64,000 nt of DNA from Phoronis australis (lineage: Eukaryota; Animalia; Phoronida). The notes under the pieces were generated by a model that was given only the letters and a program-made list of their open reading frames with translations, was not told the DNA's origin and did not search any database. Positions 25,639 through 36,739 of the stretch are shown here, piece by piece. Position 1 is the first letter of the stretch. Each line of letters starts with the position of its first letter. The stretch lies in NCBI GenBank assembly GCA_002633005.1, contig NMRA01000294.1:23782-87781 (forward strand). Direction: 5' to 3'. The position numbers were made by a program, and so were the translations under genes.

Positions 25639-27971
25639 AAGGTTCTATTGCCCGGTTGCATGAAACAGTCCCCAAAGGTTACGAATGTCATTAAGTCTTG
25701 GGGACGTCCCTAAATTTTAGGGACTGTTGCATGAAAAGTTCCCAGTTAGTTTAGGCATTAAACAGAAACTCAACTTTTGGGGTTATCGAAAGTAAGTCCC
25801 TAAGTTGAGTCCATAGCAATAAAATGGCTGATCAAGCTCATATTGCTGTTGAAAAAAGAATTTTCTGTGACAGAACTAACCCGCTCGAGATGTTTAGCGA
25901 CAGTACTGTTAACCTAAACGAAAGATTTAGATTTTCAAGGGCTGTTTTTTTCATGATAGTTAGAGAGCTTGAAGAGAAGCTGGAGTTGTTGAACAGGTTC
26001 TCACCCAGTGTACAGGTTGGTAGTTCCATCATAAACTGAATTCATCAATTACTAGTGCCATGACTTACCCCACGTCTCACTTAATTCCCCGAGCAGACGA
26101 TTTTAACAGCGCGTTGGGAATTGCGGCGACTCCTACCGGAGATTCTGGTATTCTCACCAGCTCGCTGTTTTTTTAATTTACATTAGCATGGGTGGCCACA
26201 ATCGATCGTCTGCTCTCTCAACAGCAGTAGAAACTCGAATTCTCAGATAATGCACATTGAGTGTGCACTCTACTCAAACAGTCATTCAAAAGGTGGAACA
26301 GAGGACGTAAATGCGACAGGTATTCTCTCGTTGATAGTAATTTTTGCCATATTAAGCGACCTTAGCCACGGCAATCATCGGGAACTTACTTCGAATTTAG
26401 GGTGCTCCCAATAAGGACCGAGTGTAGGACCACTTCATGCAATAGTCCTTAAACAAAATTCTTATAGGGACTTCCCTAACTAGTTTGGGAACTTGGTCAA
26501 GTCCCTAATTAGGGACTGTTTGATGCAACCGGGCACTGAAGTATAATAACATGCATTTCTGATGTAATTTAATTGATGAATAAATTCTATATCAGAAATA
26601 ACATCTTTGATTATCTTTCACAATTTTGTAAAAAAGCGTTTTTCCAATGTTAATTCTTATTGGCTAACGCGCATCTGACGTCACTGAGGCTGTACCGTGG
26701 GTGAAGGCAATAAGGTAAATCAAGCTTATTATGTATATAGCTCATTGGGTTGATGCCTCTCGGCTACAGAACTGTGGTCTGTGATCTCGGTTCTCAAAAG
26801 TTCGTAATACAAGTTTACTGCCATGTAGTGTTGACTATTAGTGGAACAATGCCGTTCTCGGAACGGGCCAGGAAAGGGCCCCGACTGCGTAGCCTTGCCT
26901 TAGTGCAAGCTGTATAGTAATACTTACAGCGGCCGTTGCACCGACGTGGGTAAAAATTGATCAAATAAAATCTAACACAAAATTAGTGTCATTAAAAATT
27001 ACACTCTTCCTTGAGTAAACTAAATTATTGACTGGTGTTGAAAAAATTGGTGTTCTGCCGTTCACTCTGCTGCTAAAATTTGGGTGCGCTCTTTAAGGTC
27101 GGCTTTCAGTGCCTTCCCCTGTTGCCTTATTGGCCAGTTTCATTCCCAGAGTTGTTCTTCTTCCAAGCGATCGAACTGTTCTTCGAATTTGTGTACATGT
27201 CAAAACAAATTACTAGAACTGATTTCATTTCCTTACAAGTTTTTAGTATTTTAATACCAGGAAAACGAATTTCAAAAAAAATTGCTACTGCGAAGCTGTC
27301 ATCATTTCCCGACAGATGTCGCAAAATTTTAGGAAATAGCGTGTGTTGAGCGTACTGTTTTCTTTGTTACAAAAGGCTGAGAGTTATGAAATAAAATAAT
27401 GTTTACTAGATTGTTTTCCACTTACATGGCTCCACTCCGGAGCGGGCAAGGTGAGTGTCGGTTGACACCCAGATATTTGCACGCTCCCCTGCCGGTTTAG
27501 AGCTCTACATGTTGATACAAGTAACGCAACGACGTGACGAGCAGAACTATCCAGTCTATGTTAAATTTCGGAGTCTAACGGAGCTCAACACACAGTGCTA
27601 CTGGTACCTAGTTGTATTTTGAAGATTATAAGTCTTCACACAGCTAGCTGAGGCTGGCTAGGCCCGGGTATGAATCAAAGTCAGAGGAAAGAAAAACGAA
27701 AAAGGTCATGAGTATGCACATGTTCATCTGTCAACTGGACTAACGTACTCGCACGGCTAATGACCTTTATCTCTTTGTGCTGTACAGCCTCAGTGACGTC
27801 GCGAAAAACAGCTCTTGCAGTACATGGGGCTTTACGGAACTAAAAATTTTTTACTTTTCAAAGAGAAAAAGAAAAACAATGTGCACTATTTAGGAATATG
27901 TGGATGCCAGTAACCAACCTTCATACATTCAAAATTCATATTAAAAGGCCGAAATATGTAGTTCAGGCCTC
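25639..27971. mobile_element. TTAA-flanked non-autonomous DNA transposon (Kolobok-like)
   Basis: TTAA at 25635-25638 and 27972-27975; imperfect termini once the nested Harbinger is removed; perfect 19-bp subterminal inverted repeat gacgtcactgaggctgtac at 26677-26695 and 27782-27800. Confidence 0.7.
25648..26535 (+). mobile_element. Internally deleted PIF/Harbinger transposon
   Basis: TIRs tgcccggttgcatgaaacagtccc / gggactgtttgatgcaaccgggca; imperfect 3-bp TSD cta/ctg; ORF 25824 KRIFCDRTNPLEMFSD...RFRFSR resembles the Harbinger transposase N-terminus. Confidence 0.85.
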
Positions 27972-28930
27972 TTAATGTACAGTAATTCCTTATTAGGTTG
28001 TCTGAAGATAATGCTAACTGAACTGGTTTGGTGATTGTTGCTAACACAATGCCTATATATGTTGCTTTTCTCTCGTGAGGTGTGATGTTCTTTCAGCCTG
28101 TCACTGTGTGAGTCTGACATAGAATTCCTTACAGTTGCCACATTCAACATTATAAACAACATTGCTCTTAATCAATAAAGGGATGGGTGACTTCAGTTTA
28201 CACAGCATATTGGAAAGTTTCCAAAGAGGTTTGAAAACAACAATCAGTTCAACAGCTGGGTCTTAATGCAATGAATAAGGCAAGACTAATTGACGTTTCA
28301 ATTTTATACTTTAACTTGACCCGGTGTAGCCAAGGGAAAAGAAAATTTTCTTTTTATCGGGTCCAGTAACAGCTTCCTTATCTGCCTCATTCATTTTTGA
28401 AAGGAAGTGCCTTTTGCAGCTATTAAAAAAATTCAGAGGGTAACCATTGGCACGCAATAACTGGAAAATCCTAGCTACGTCACTATCAAAATTTAAATTG
28501 GTGGAACAAATTCTCCAGGCACAGTGTAACAAGCAATTGACTAGATCTTTCTTGTATTTGATAGGCACAAAACTATCAAATTTAAGATAAAGCCCACAAA
28601 AACTGGGCTTAGGATACACAGATGTAACAACTGTAATATTCTCATGTTTAACAAAGACATCGCAGAGAAAAGCAACATATATAGGCATCATGTTACCAAC
28701 AATCATCAAGCCAATTCAGTTAGCATTATCTGCAGAGAACCTAATAAGGAATTACTGTACATTAAAGAGTCATTGGCCATTCAGAACCAGCATGCTACTG
28801 ATTCTCTGAACAACGTGCAGAGCTCAGTGACTCTGCAACTATGGTGATGACCAGCTACTGGCTATATTCCCTGTATCTCTCATTTCACTTTATGGATGTT
28901 ATCTGAGCTGTATGCTGTACTCTGTAAATA

Positions 28931-28971
28931 TGATCCCGATGATGTCTAATGAATAGACGAAACGTTGACTG
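28931..28971 (+). ncRNA. Minimal type I hammerhead ribozyme motif (core U4>C variant)
   Basis: tgatc CCGATGA t gtcta-atgaa-tagac GAAA cgtt gactg: 5-bp helix II, palindromic helix III, located in the PLE 3' region. Confidence 0.7.
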
Positions 28972-29401
28972 AACATGAAGTTTTTTATTTGTGCGGCAAT
29001 CATCTAGTTTTTAGTCTAACAAGAGTGTGTTTGCAAACTATATGAATTTAATAAAACAGTTCATATTTGTCCACATATAGTTACCTAAATCGCCTATGTC
29101 CACCTGCAGAAGTGCAGTTATTGGTTCCATATTCCAAAATGGCAGCTTTGACGTAGGTCATCAACACGATGAAGCGGCGATACATGCTAACTCGAGACAA
29201 AATGGCTGTGGGTACAGTGTGAGTTAACTTGTATGTTATGTAAACTTCACCTCTGTTTCATTCAAAGCAGGATTTGCTGGCCAAAAGTTTGTCTGGAAAT
29301 TAATCAATAACAAAGATCCTTGTACAATAGAAACATTAATTTGCTATGAATACTTGAAGACCTGTTCTAAGTCCATTCTAGGGCTTCAAAAACAAATCAT
29401 T

Positions 29402-31123
29402 AACAAGAGCAACGCGGAGCGTTGAAATGCGCCCATGAATGCATCGCAAACGGTGTGCTTTTAGGGTTGTTTATTTATGTCATAAAAATGGCCACTAGAT
29501 GGCGCAAAAATGTACAATCCATCCGAAAATAGGAACATGTCATATTTTCTTTAATAGAAAGCTATTCACCAGATTTCATAGAAAATTGTCACGGTACTTC
29601 AGAGAAACAAAGGAAAACAGAATAAAATGAAATTGCCACTAGGGGGCACAGTGTTCATTGGATCCACCTGAAAGTCGTCATTGCCTGTTGTTAGCCTCAT
29701 ATAAATAAACATACTAAATTTAATAAAGATCCAGCAGTGGGTTTAGGAGATACAGCTACGGGCGCAAAACAAAACAAAACTGCCATTGGAGCTGCCACAG
29801 TAGTCAAAGTCGTCATCGTCAACCATCCTCTTCACACACAGAACATTAAAAAAATTTTCAAAACCATCCTTAGAATGATTTGGTTGATAACGGGGTGGAC
29901 GCCAAAAAACAGACTCAAAAACAGCAAAAATTGCCACTAGGTGGCGCAAAATACCTCGATTCAATCCAAAAACGGGAGGATAGTGTCGTCTCACCAATAG
30001 ATGCCGGTATTCAAAATTTTATGAAAATCCGTTGAGGACTTTTCAAGATACAGAGGTAAACATAAAATCTAAAATTGCCACCAAAAGTCGTCATTGTTCT
30101 TTGTCAATATCATATAAATACACTTGTTAAATTTAGCAAAGATCCTGCAAACGGTTTAAGAGATACAGCCATGGGCACAAAAAAAACAAAACTGCCACTA
30201 GGAGGCGCCACAGTAACTGAAGTCATCGGAAAATCATCGTCAGCCGTTCACTTCGTAGTAAAAACATACATACCAATTATCTTGAAAGCGGTTTGGTTAA
30301 TAGAGTGGACGCCACAAAACAGACTCGAAAACTATAAAAATGGCCACTAGGTGGTGCAAACTAAGTCGAATCCATCTGAAAACGGAAAGATAGCGTCACC
30401 ACACTAACAGAAGCCTGTAAGACAAATTTTTGAAAATGCGTCGAGGATCTTTGAAGATACAGAGGTTAACGTAAAAAAAAATAAAGTTGCCACCAGCGGC
30501 ACACCTGTTATCAAATCCTTCCGAAAGTCATCATCTTCCTTTGTCAACATCATATAAATGCACTTACTAAATTCAGTAATTAAAGATCCTGCAAACGCTT
30601 TAGGAGATACAGCCATAGGCCCAAAAAAACAAAACTGCCAGTAAAGAGGCACCACAGTCGTCGCAATCGGCAGAAAATCATAGTCAGCCATCCTCTTCGT
30701 AGTAAGAACATACATGCAAACTTCCACAATCACCCTTAGAGCGGTTTGGTTGATAGAGGGGTGGACGACTAAAAACATACTCGAAAAAAGTAAAAATGGT
30801 TACTAGGTGGTGCAAATTATGTTGAATCTATCCAAAAACGGAAGGATATCATCGTGTCACTAATAGATGCCAATATACTAAATTTTGTGAAAATATGTTG
30901 AGGACCTTTGAAGATATAGAGGTAAACGTAAAAAATAAAAATTGCCACTAAGGGGCACACCGGTAGTCGGATCCGTTGGAAAGTTCGCTCATGCCGTCCC
31001 ATCTATGAAAGGAACACAACATGCGCAAAATTTCATCAACATACGTCAAACGATTTTGAACGGACGGACAGACGGAGATGACAGCATAATGCGTCCACAT
31101 ATAACTATGTGGGCGTATGAAAA
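29402..31123 (-). mobile_element. HINE-like element, copy 2 (more diverged)
   Basis: Same termini (aacaagagcaacgcggagcgttgaaatgcgccca ... atgcgtccacatataactatgtgggcgtat) with about three internal higher-order units. Confidence 0.8.
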
Positions 31124-32068
31124 GTTAAAATTTGACTCAGACAGATATACACAGCAAATACACAACACTAAGGTAACTTTTTTGCCCAGTTCACATAACT
31201 CTGTGCTCATGTTTTGAAAATAAAAAACCCTTCTCTTCTGTCCACGTATCCACCGAATTCAAAAACCACTTTTTGAAAATATACGAACACATTTTGTTTA
31301 AGGATACAACTTCTGTTCACAAGAAAGTATCTACTGAATTCGACAATGAAAAATCAAAACTTCTGAAAATGATCTACAGAGTGGGATTTGATATCTTTTT
31401 TTTTACACATATAGCATCTACCCACAAACAAAAATGCACGTTTGTGGAATCACTGACACATTGGTTCTACTAGTACATCTCTGTGGACTGGCAAAAATGC
31501 AACTTCTTCAAAATGCCGACGTCACGTTTGTACAACCACATTTGTGAGGATGGAAAGCTTTGAATCTATTTTATATCGTCTTGGCATATTCATGTGGCTG
31601 GAGAATTTAACAAAAATCATACAAAAACAGAGAACTTGTTCAAATCTTGAAACAAAAGTTACATTTTCAAATGAGTTATGTGGACAGAGCCTTAGAGATG
31701 GCACTAAAACACTTAAAAATAGCCAAAACCATTTTTCATGAAACACCATGAAAAATTGGAATGCTTATCATAGCGAAAAAACTCAATGGTACCATAGTAA
31801 AGTCTTTTAGAGGTCAAATAGTTGAATTTTGTGTCTAGTATGTAGCTAACCCATTACAAACAATACAAATGAAGTCATGGTAACAGTATTTAAGGTCAAG
31901 TTACATGAACGTAAAGACTCAAACATTATACTTTTATGTTTAAAATTAAAATTTAAAAGGTGACAATATGCATGCAATAATTGTAAAAAGACTTCAGATT
32001 CAAGTAATGTACCAATGGGTAGTTAGAAATAGTCATTTTGGAGCCAGAAAGTCCCAGAGAGGAGTTAA

Positions 32069-33393
32069 AGGTGAAGGCAACCTTTTTCATGTCATTTTTA
32101 GCAAGGTTCGTTGATTATCCCAGACATATTTTTTCACTTATTTACTGCTTTTCGTAATTTAATTAATTACTCGTCGTCTACTCCGGAAGTGACGTTTTGG
32201 GAGGCAAGAATTTCGTGCCAATTTCTTTTCATATAGTCTGACTGTGAGAGCTGTCGAGTCAAGTCATTGTTCTACCTCGGTTGTGATAAGTTCGGTCGTC
32301 GTTTGCTTTTGCTTAGGAGTCAGTCAACATGCCACACTGTTGCTGCATACTGGGGTGTACTCATTTTCGTCTCACGTACAGAGGAAGAACTGTCCCACTT
32401 GCCCGAGTGTCCCGCGACACACTCCCACTGGAGGGTGATCTGCCAGGAGCACCCAAACTGCTTACATGACCCGCCATGTGACTCCCTCGCCACACACCTG
32501 GCACCTTCCAAATAGCTCCAATACAAGTCCACAATAAACTTATCAAACTTAGGCTCACCGATCTGTTCACTGAAAGACGAACTGTCCTCTTTACTGAGTG
32601 TGGAACTGGGCCTGTATTCACTCCCACTACTCAACATCGCTGCAGAGCTGCTTACAGGCTCTGGGCTAGAGACAACAGCACAGGGCGAATCACTGCTAAT
32701 TCCCGGAATTGGGGTACGTTTGGAGGCACGGGTGACAGTAGATGAAGTGCCTCCAGTCACTGTATATAGTGGTCACAGCTCGCGAGGCTTCTCGCTTCAA
32801 AAACGAACGTTTCGGGCTTGGCGACAGGGCACAGCCGGGAATCAACAGCGACGGTATGGTACCCTTCTTCAGGCGTTGTTTCGCAGGGACCTTCATCAAT
32901 TCTGCATGCATATCTGTCATAATCTGACGGCAGAAAATGCTTGCCACACACTCGGTTGAACCCTCCACTGCTTTGTAGGTTGCGTGGACGGGTAGCGCTG
33001 CGTTCTTCACATGAACGAGCTAGCCAAGTACGGCGAAGTGTGTCATCCTTCGGAAAGCGACGCAAGGAACCCAAAGTGCGTGAGACGATAATGAGTACAT
33101 CGCGGCACGCAGCAACAGCGTGGCATGTTGACTGACTTGTAAACAAAAGCAAACGACGACCAAACTTAACACAACCGAGGTAGAACAATGACTTGACTCG
33201 ACAGCTCTCACAGACAGACTATAACGAAAAGAAATTGGCGCGAAACTCTTGCCTCCCAAAACGTCACTTCCGGAGTAGAGGACGAGAAATTAATCAAATT
33301 ACAAAAAGCTGTAATTAAGGGAAAAATGTGTCTGGGATAATCAACGAACCTTATTTTTGATAAAAGTGACATGAAAAAAGGTTGCCTTCGCCT
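32069..33393 (-). mobile_element. Kolobok-like non-autonomous element with ~310-bp inverted ends and a THAP-transposase 5' remnant
   Basis: TTAA|aggtgaaggcaacc ... ggttgccttcgcct|TTAA; from ATG 33126: MPRCCCVPRC / RFPKDDTLRRTW...VCGKHF / RLKKGTIPSL, then KFIV...C...WECVAGHSGKWDSS; frameshifted. Confidence 0.85.
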
Positions 33394-33639
33394 TTAAAGT
33401 TGATAAGTCCTAACTGGTACATTATATCTCTTATTGCCTAGAAAAGACAACATTTGGATTACAATCATATTATGTGGGTCTGGCGAATACAAAAGTGGAC
33501 TTGCCTTGTTCATCTACAATACAGTAATTGTGATTCAAACATCCCTCTGCAACACTGTTTGGTATTGTGAAACAACAGCAAATAGAGCATTGTACTCAAT
33601 TCGGAACATTTCGATGCATTAGTCGTGAACACCAGTGAA

Positions 33640-34545
33640 CCTATAATGGGTCTATAGGTAGCAGTGCCAGTAATCCAAAAATTAGCAAATGGAATCTTGG
33701 TGAATATGATCCCATAAAGAAAACTCCAAGAGCAATTAACATGGAACATTAGGGAGGTGGATGACAAAGAACAGACAAAAAACAATAAAATGGCCACTTA
33801 AGGGGTGCAATGTAGGTCAAATCTGTGTGAAACACGTTAGACGCTGTCGTAGCTTAAAACAACTAATTTCCCATATTTCTTTCATGGAACTTGACAGATA
33901 TCAAGGCAAATGCAAAGAAAAACAATATTGTCTCCAGGGTACTCCACAGTAGGTGAATTTGTCTAAAAAATCCACATTGCTTGACTGTACTTTTCTCAAT
34001 AAAAACGCATACACATTTCATGAAGATCCATGAAGGAATGTGGTAGAAATTGAGCAACAGGGAAATAGCAAATTTCCCATTAGAAGATGCTACATCTATT
34101 AGACAAGTCCAAAAATCATCATCAGACATATGCACTTCACAGACAGAACACAATTCATAATAATGAACCTTGTGAGATGGACAATTAGTAAAAACAGCCA
34201 CTGGGTGGTGCAGAATACACCAGTCATCCAAAAACTGGAAAAGCATTGTCGTCTCCTTCATATATAGGTCGATATGCGTCAAATCTATCAAGGAACTCTG
34301 AAGATACAGAATAGAACATAAAAAACTAAAATTGCATCTAGGGTGATGCAGCAGTTGTCGCATCCATGCAAATGTCTTCATCATCCATTGTCTCATTCAT
34401 AGAAATACACATGCCAAATTTTACAGCACTCATGCAACAAGTTTAAGAGACACCTACCCAAATGGCAACCATCTGAACAGACATCTGGGAAGAGATGACG
34501 ACAATAAACGACAACATATTATATATATCTGGGCGTCTAAAAAAT
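33640..34545 (-). mobile_element. Old, decayed HINE-like copy
   Basis: Degenerate monomer motifs (tggccacttaaggggtgc, agccactgggtggtgc) and a degenerate end gagatgacgacaat...ctgggcgtctaaaaaa. Confidence 0.55.
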
Positions 34546-35129
34546 GTACAGTTCCTACCGAAGTATTCTGGTCACCTATGCTTGCACCATCTGGGCTGGA
34601 GATCAATGTTTTAACAGACTTGACAAACTCTGCAACGCCATCAACAAAATACCAATTATCATCAGAGTGATAGTTAAGGCAGTCCCCTGCAAAGAAAAGG
34701 AAACAACGTTGCAATAAAGAATGTTAAGGTAACTGTGAGTCAACCTTGTTACAAGGTTGTACTAATGTGTAAATGTATTAAATTCTGTTCACTCTAACCC
34801 CTACAAAATATATATTTTCTGAAAAGTGATTAAATTTCCCAACAAAATTTATTGCTCTTAATATTTACTTTAATGTCTTTATTTTATCACAAGATATATT
34901 TTTGGTAAAATTTTTTTGTTAAAACAGATAAAATCAAATTTAAAATAATGTTCCTCTAATCCCATTGGTCTTTTGTCAACACGCTGACAATGGGGAACCG
35001 TATCTCAGATTTTTGAAATATATCTTAGAATAATATTTTCAAAATCTCTGTTCCAAATTACTCTTTTTTCCAAAATGCATATCTCGCGAAAAAATAAAGG
35101 TTGTTAGCAAAAATTTATTCACCTGTCAG

Positions 35130-35512
35130 AAAATTTTGTCAAAAACACGACTAGACTTTTTGCTAGCAAGCTTGATAGTGGTACGCTCGTAGTTTTTTGG
35201 TCTTCCTACTGTGTGTTGCATTCACACTCTCTACTTGTATGCCCCTCTTCCCGGTGTCACGTGTATTTCACTGTTCGCTACGTATATGTTCATTCCACTT
35301 ATTGCCTGATGATGAGACATGCAGTCTCGAAATATATCTAGTGTTTTAATTTGTTTATTTGTTATGTCTCTTGGTGTTTTAATATATAGCTGCACACCTG
35401 AAGAAAGGAGACTGTTCCAAAGCTACGATGCTACTATCAAGCTTTCACGCAAAAAGTCTAGTTGTGTTTTTAACAAAGTTTATGTAAACGAAGGCCTGCA
35501 ACCAAACTATAC
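35130..35512 (+). mobile_element. Naiad-like PLE pseudo-LTR fragment with ORF start and a short inverted tail
   Basis: Hammerhead motif followed by MSLGVLIYSCTPEERRLFQ...VFNKVYVNEGLQPNYT; 35130-35200 is an inverted copy of ~35405-35480. Confidence 0.6.
35296..35343 (+). ncRNA. Minimal type I hammerhead ribozyme motif
   Basis: CTGATGA (35306) t GAGAC-atgca-GTCTC GAAA tata TC: intact core, perfect helix II, palindromic helix III; helix I imperfect. Confidence 0.75.
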
Positions 35513-36069
35513 TTCTTTCAGAAAATACATACTTTGTAGGGGAAAGAGCTAAGGGAATTTAAGATATTTGAACATTAGTAAAACCTGGTAAACAAGATTC
35601 ACAGTTACCATCAGTAACCCGAGTGGTGGTTGAAGACCTGCTGCGTTTGCTCTCTTGAAGTACAAAATGGTTAAATTACAAAAAGATGGCAGAAGTGAAT
35701 TAAAACAGAACAACAAACAATAGAGTCTGCTTCATTCTGTTTGCCTAAATTGTATAAAGAACTAAAATGCTAAATTTCTGAAGAGTTACACAATCTACAC
35801 AGTATCAATTGACCGCACGACACCAAAAATTTTATGCATTCTTCTATTTAAAACATGACATCCGCCTGTCAAAATAAACTTTTAATTTTGGCCACCAACC
35901 TTACAAGACTGGTTTTATTTGTTCCTTTCAGATCAGAAGTGATTTTCTGGACTTGGAAAAAGCTGGCACAAAAAATGATTTCAGAGGTCAAGGCAACTTG
36001 TGTGTCCTATTTCAGCGTACTGTCAAGTGGCGTTCTTCAAATTATCGGAATAAGAATCTTTAATGTGAA

Positions 36070-36739
36070 ATGTCCGGTCACCACGTGCCATTTCCTAAAA
36101 TTTTGAGAAGTTTTTCGAGAGATGACAGCTTCGCAGCTGCAAGGTTAGCTTTAAAATTCGGTTTGAAATCTGGGGGAAAAAACTGGTCAAGGTCAGGTGA
36201 CGTAATCACCAAAGGCCGACTCAAACAAACGCATCACAATTTTAACGATGCTATATTTTCCAACACCAGTAAATAAGTTACCGGGTAGTTTAGTCAAGGA
36301 AGAGAGTAGCTTTGTCCAATTGTTTACCCATACCAAGCCACCTACAATGGTTAGGGCAACCAATGATATGCAATGTTCCTCCCATTTGAAGACATCTTTT
36401 TTGAAGAGTTCGAACAACCAGGAGCCATACAAACAGGCATGGCGAAATTTTCACTGCACTTTGGCAAACAGTAACAAATAACGACAGCTGACACTATGAT
36501 AAAACACGAATTAAACTCTTCACAATTTGGCACAGCAATACTTGTGATAACCACTCGAGGCTCCACTCCACCAACCACGTCACTGACATATCAGCCAATC
36601 AGTGATCGCTGTCAGGATTTCAGTCTTTTGACAATATATATGAATCTGCTTTTGTTCGGCGCACAACTCAGGCAAATGTGAGTTTTATTTGTATATTAAA
36701 ACGGATTACCAGATGCATTATTTTTACTACATTCCGCTT
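36070..36739 (-). mobile_element. Kolobok-like element end with THAP start, copy A
   Basis: TTAA at 36740-36743; MPVCMAPGCSNSSKK from 36440; colinear with 56400-57280. Confidence 0.6.

Larger units (their letters stand above)
25270..28990. mobile_element. Decayed Naiad-like Penelope element: minus copy (25270-25638 + 27972-28662) split by an insertion, plus an inverted 3' copy (28663-28990)
   Basis: Thumb TSVYPKPSFCGLYLKFDSFVPIKYKKDLVNCLLHCAWRICS...NGYP; EN KSNVVYNVECGNCKEFYV..RLKEH..H...H..IKESLAI..LN; no Zn-knuckle linker; ggccaatgactctttaa (25638) continues as ttaatgtacag (27972). Confidence 0.8.
34728..35609. mobile_element. Kolobok-like MITE with ~100-bp imperfect TIRs, interrupted by a PLE fragment
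   Basis: TTAA|ggtaactgtgagtc...cccctacaaaatatatattttctgaaa versus tttcagaaaatacatactttgtagggg...gattcacagttacc. Confidence 0.7.

Noticed and set aside
28100-28160. Selenoprotein-type Naiad endonuclease
   Set aside because: The CxxC (CGNC) uses normal Cys codons; the nearby TGA is at an Arg position in a frameshifted relic
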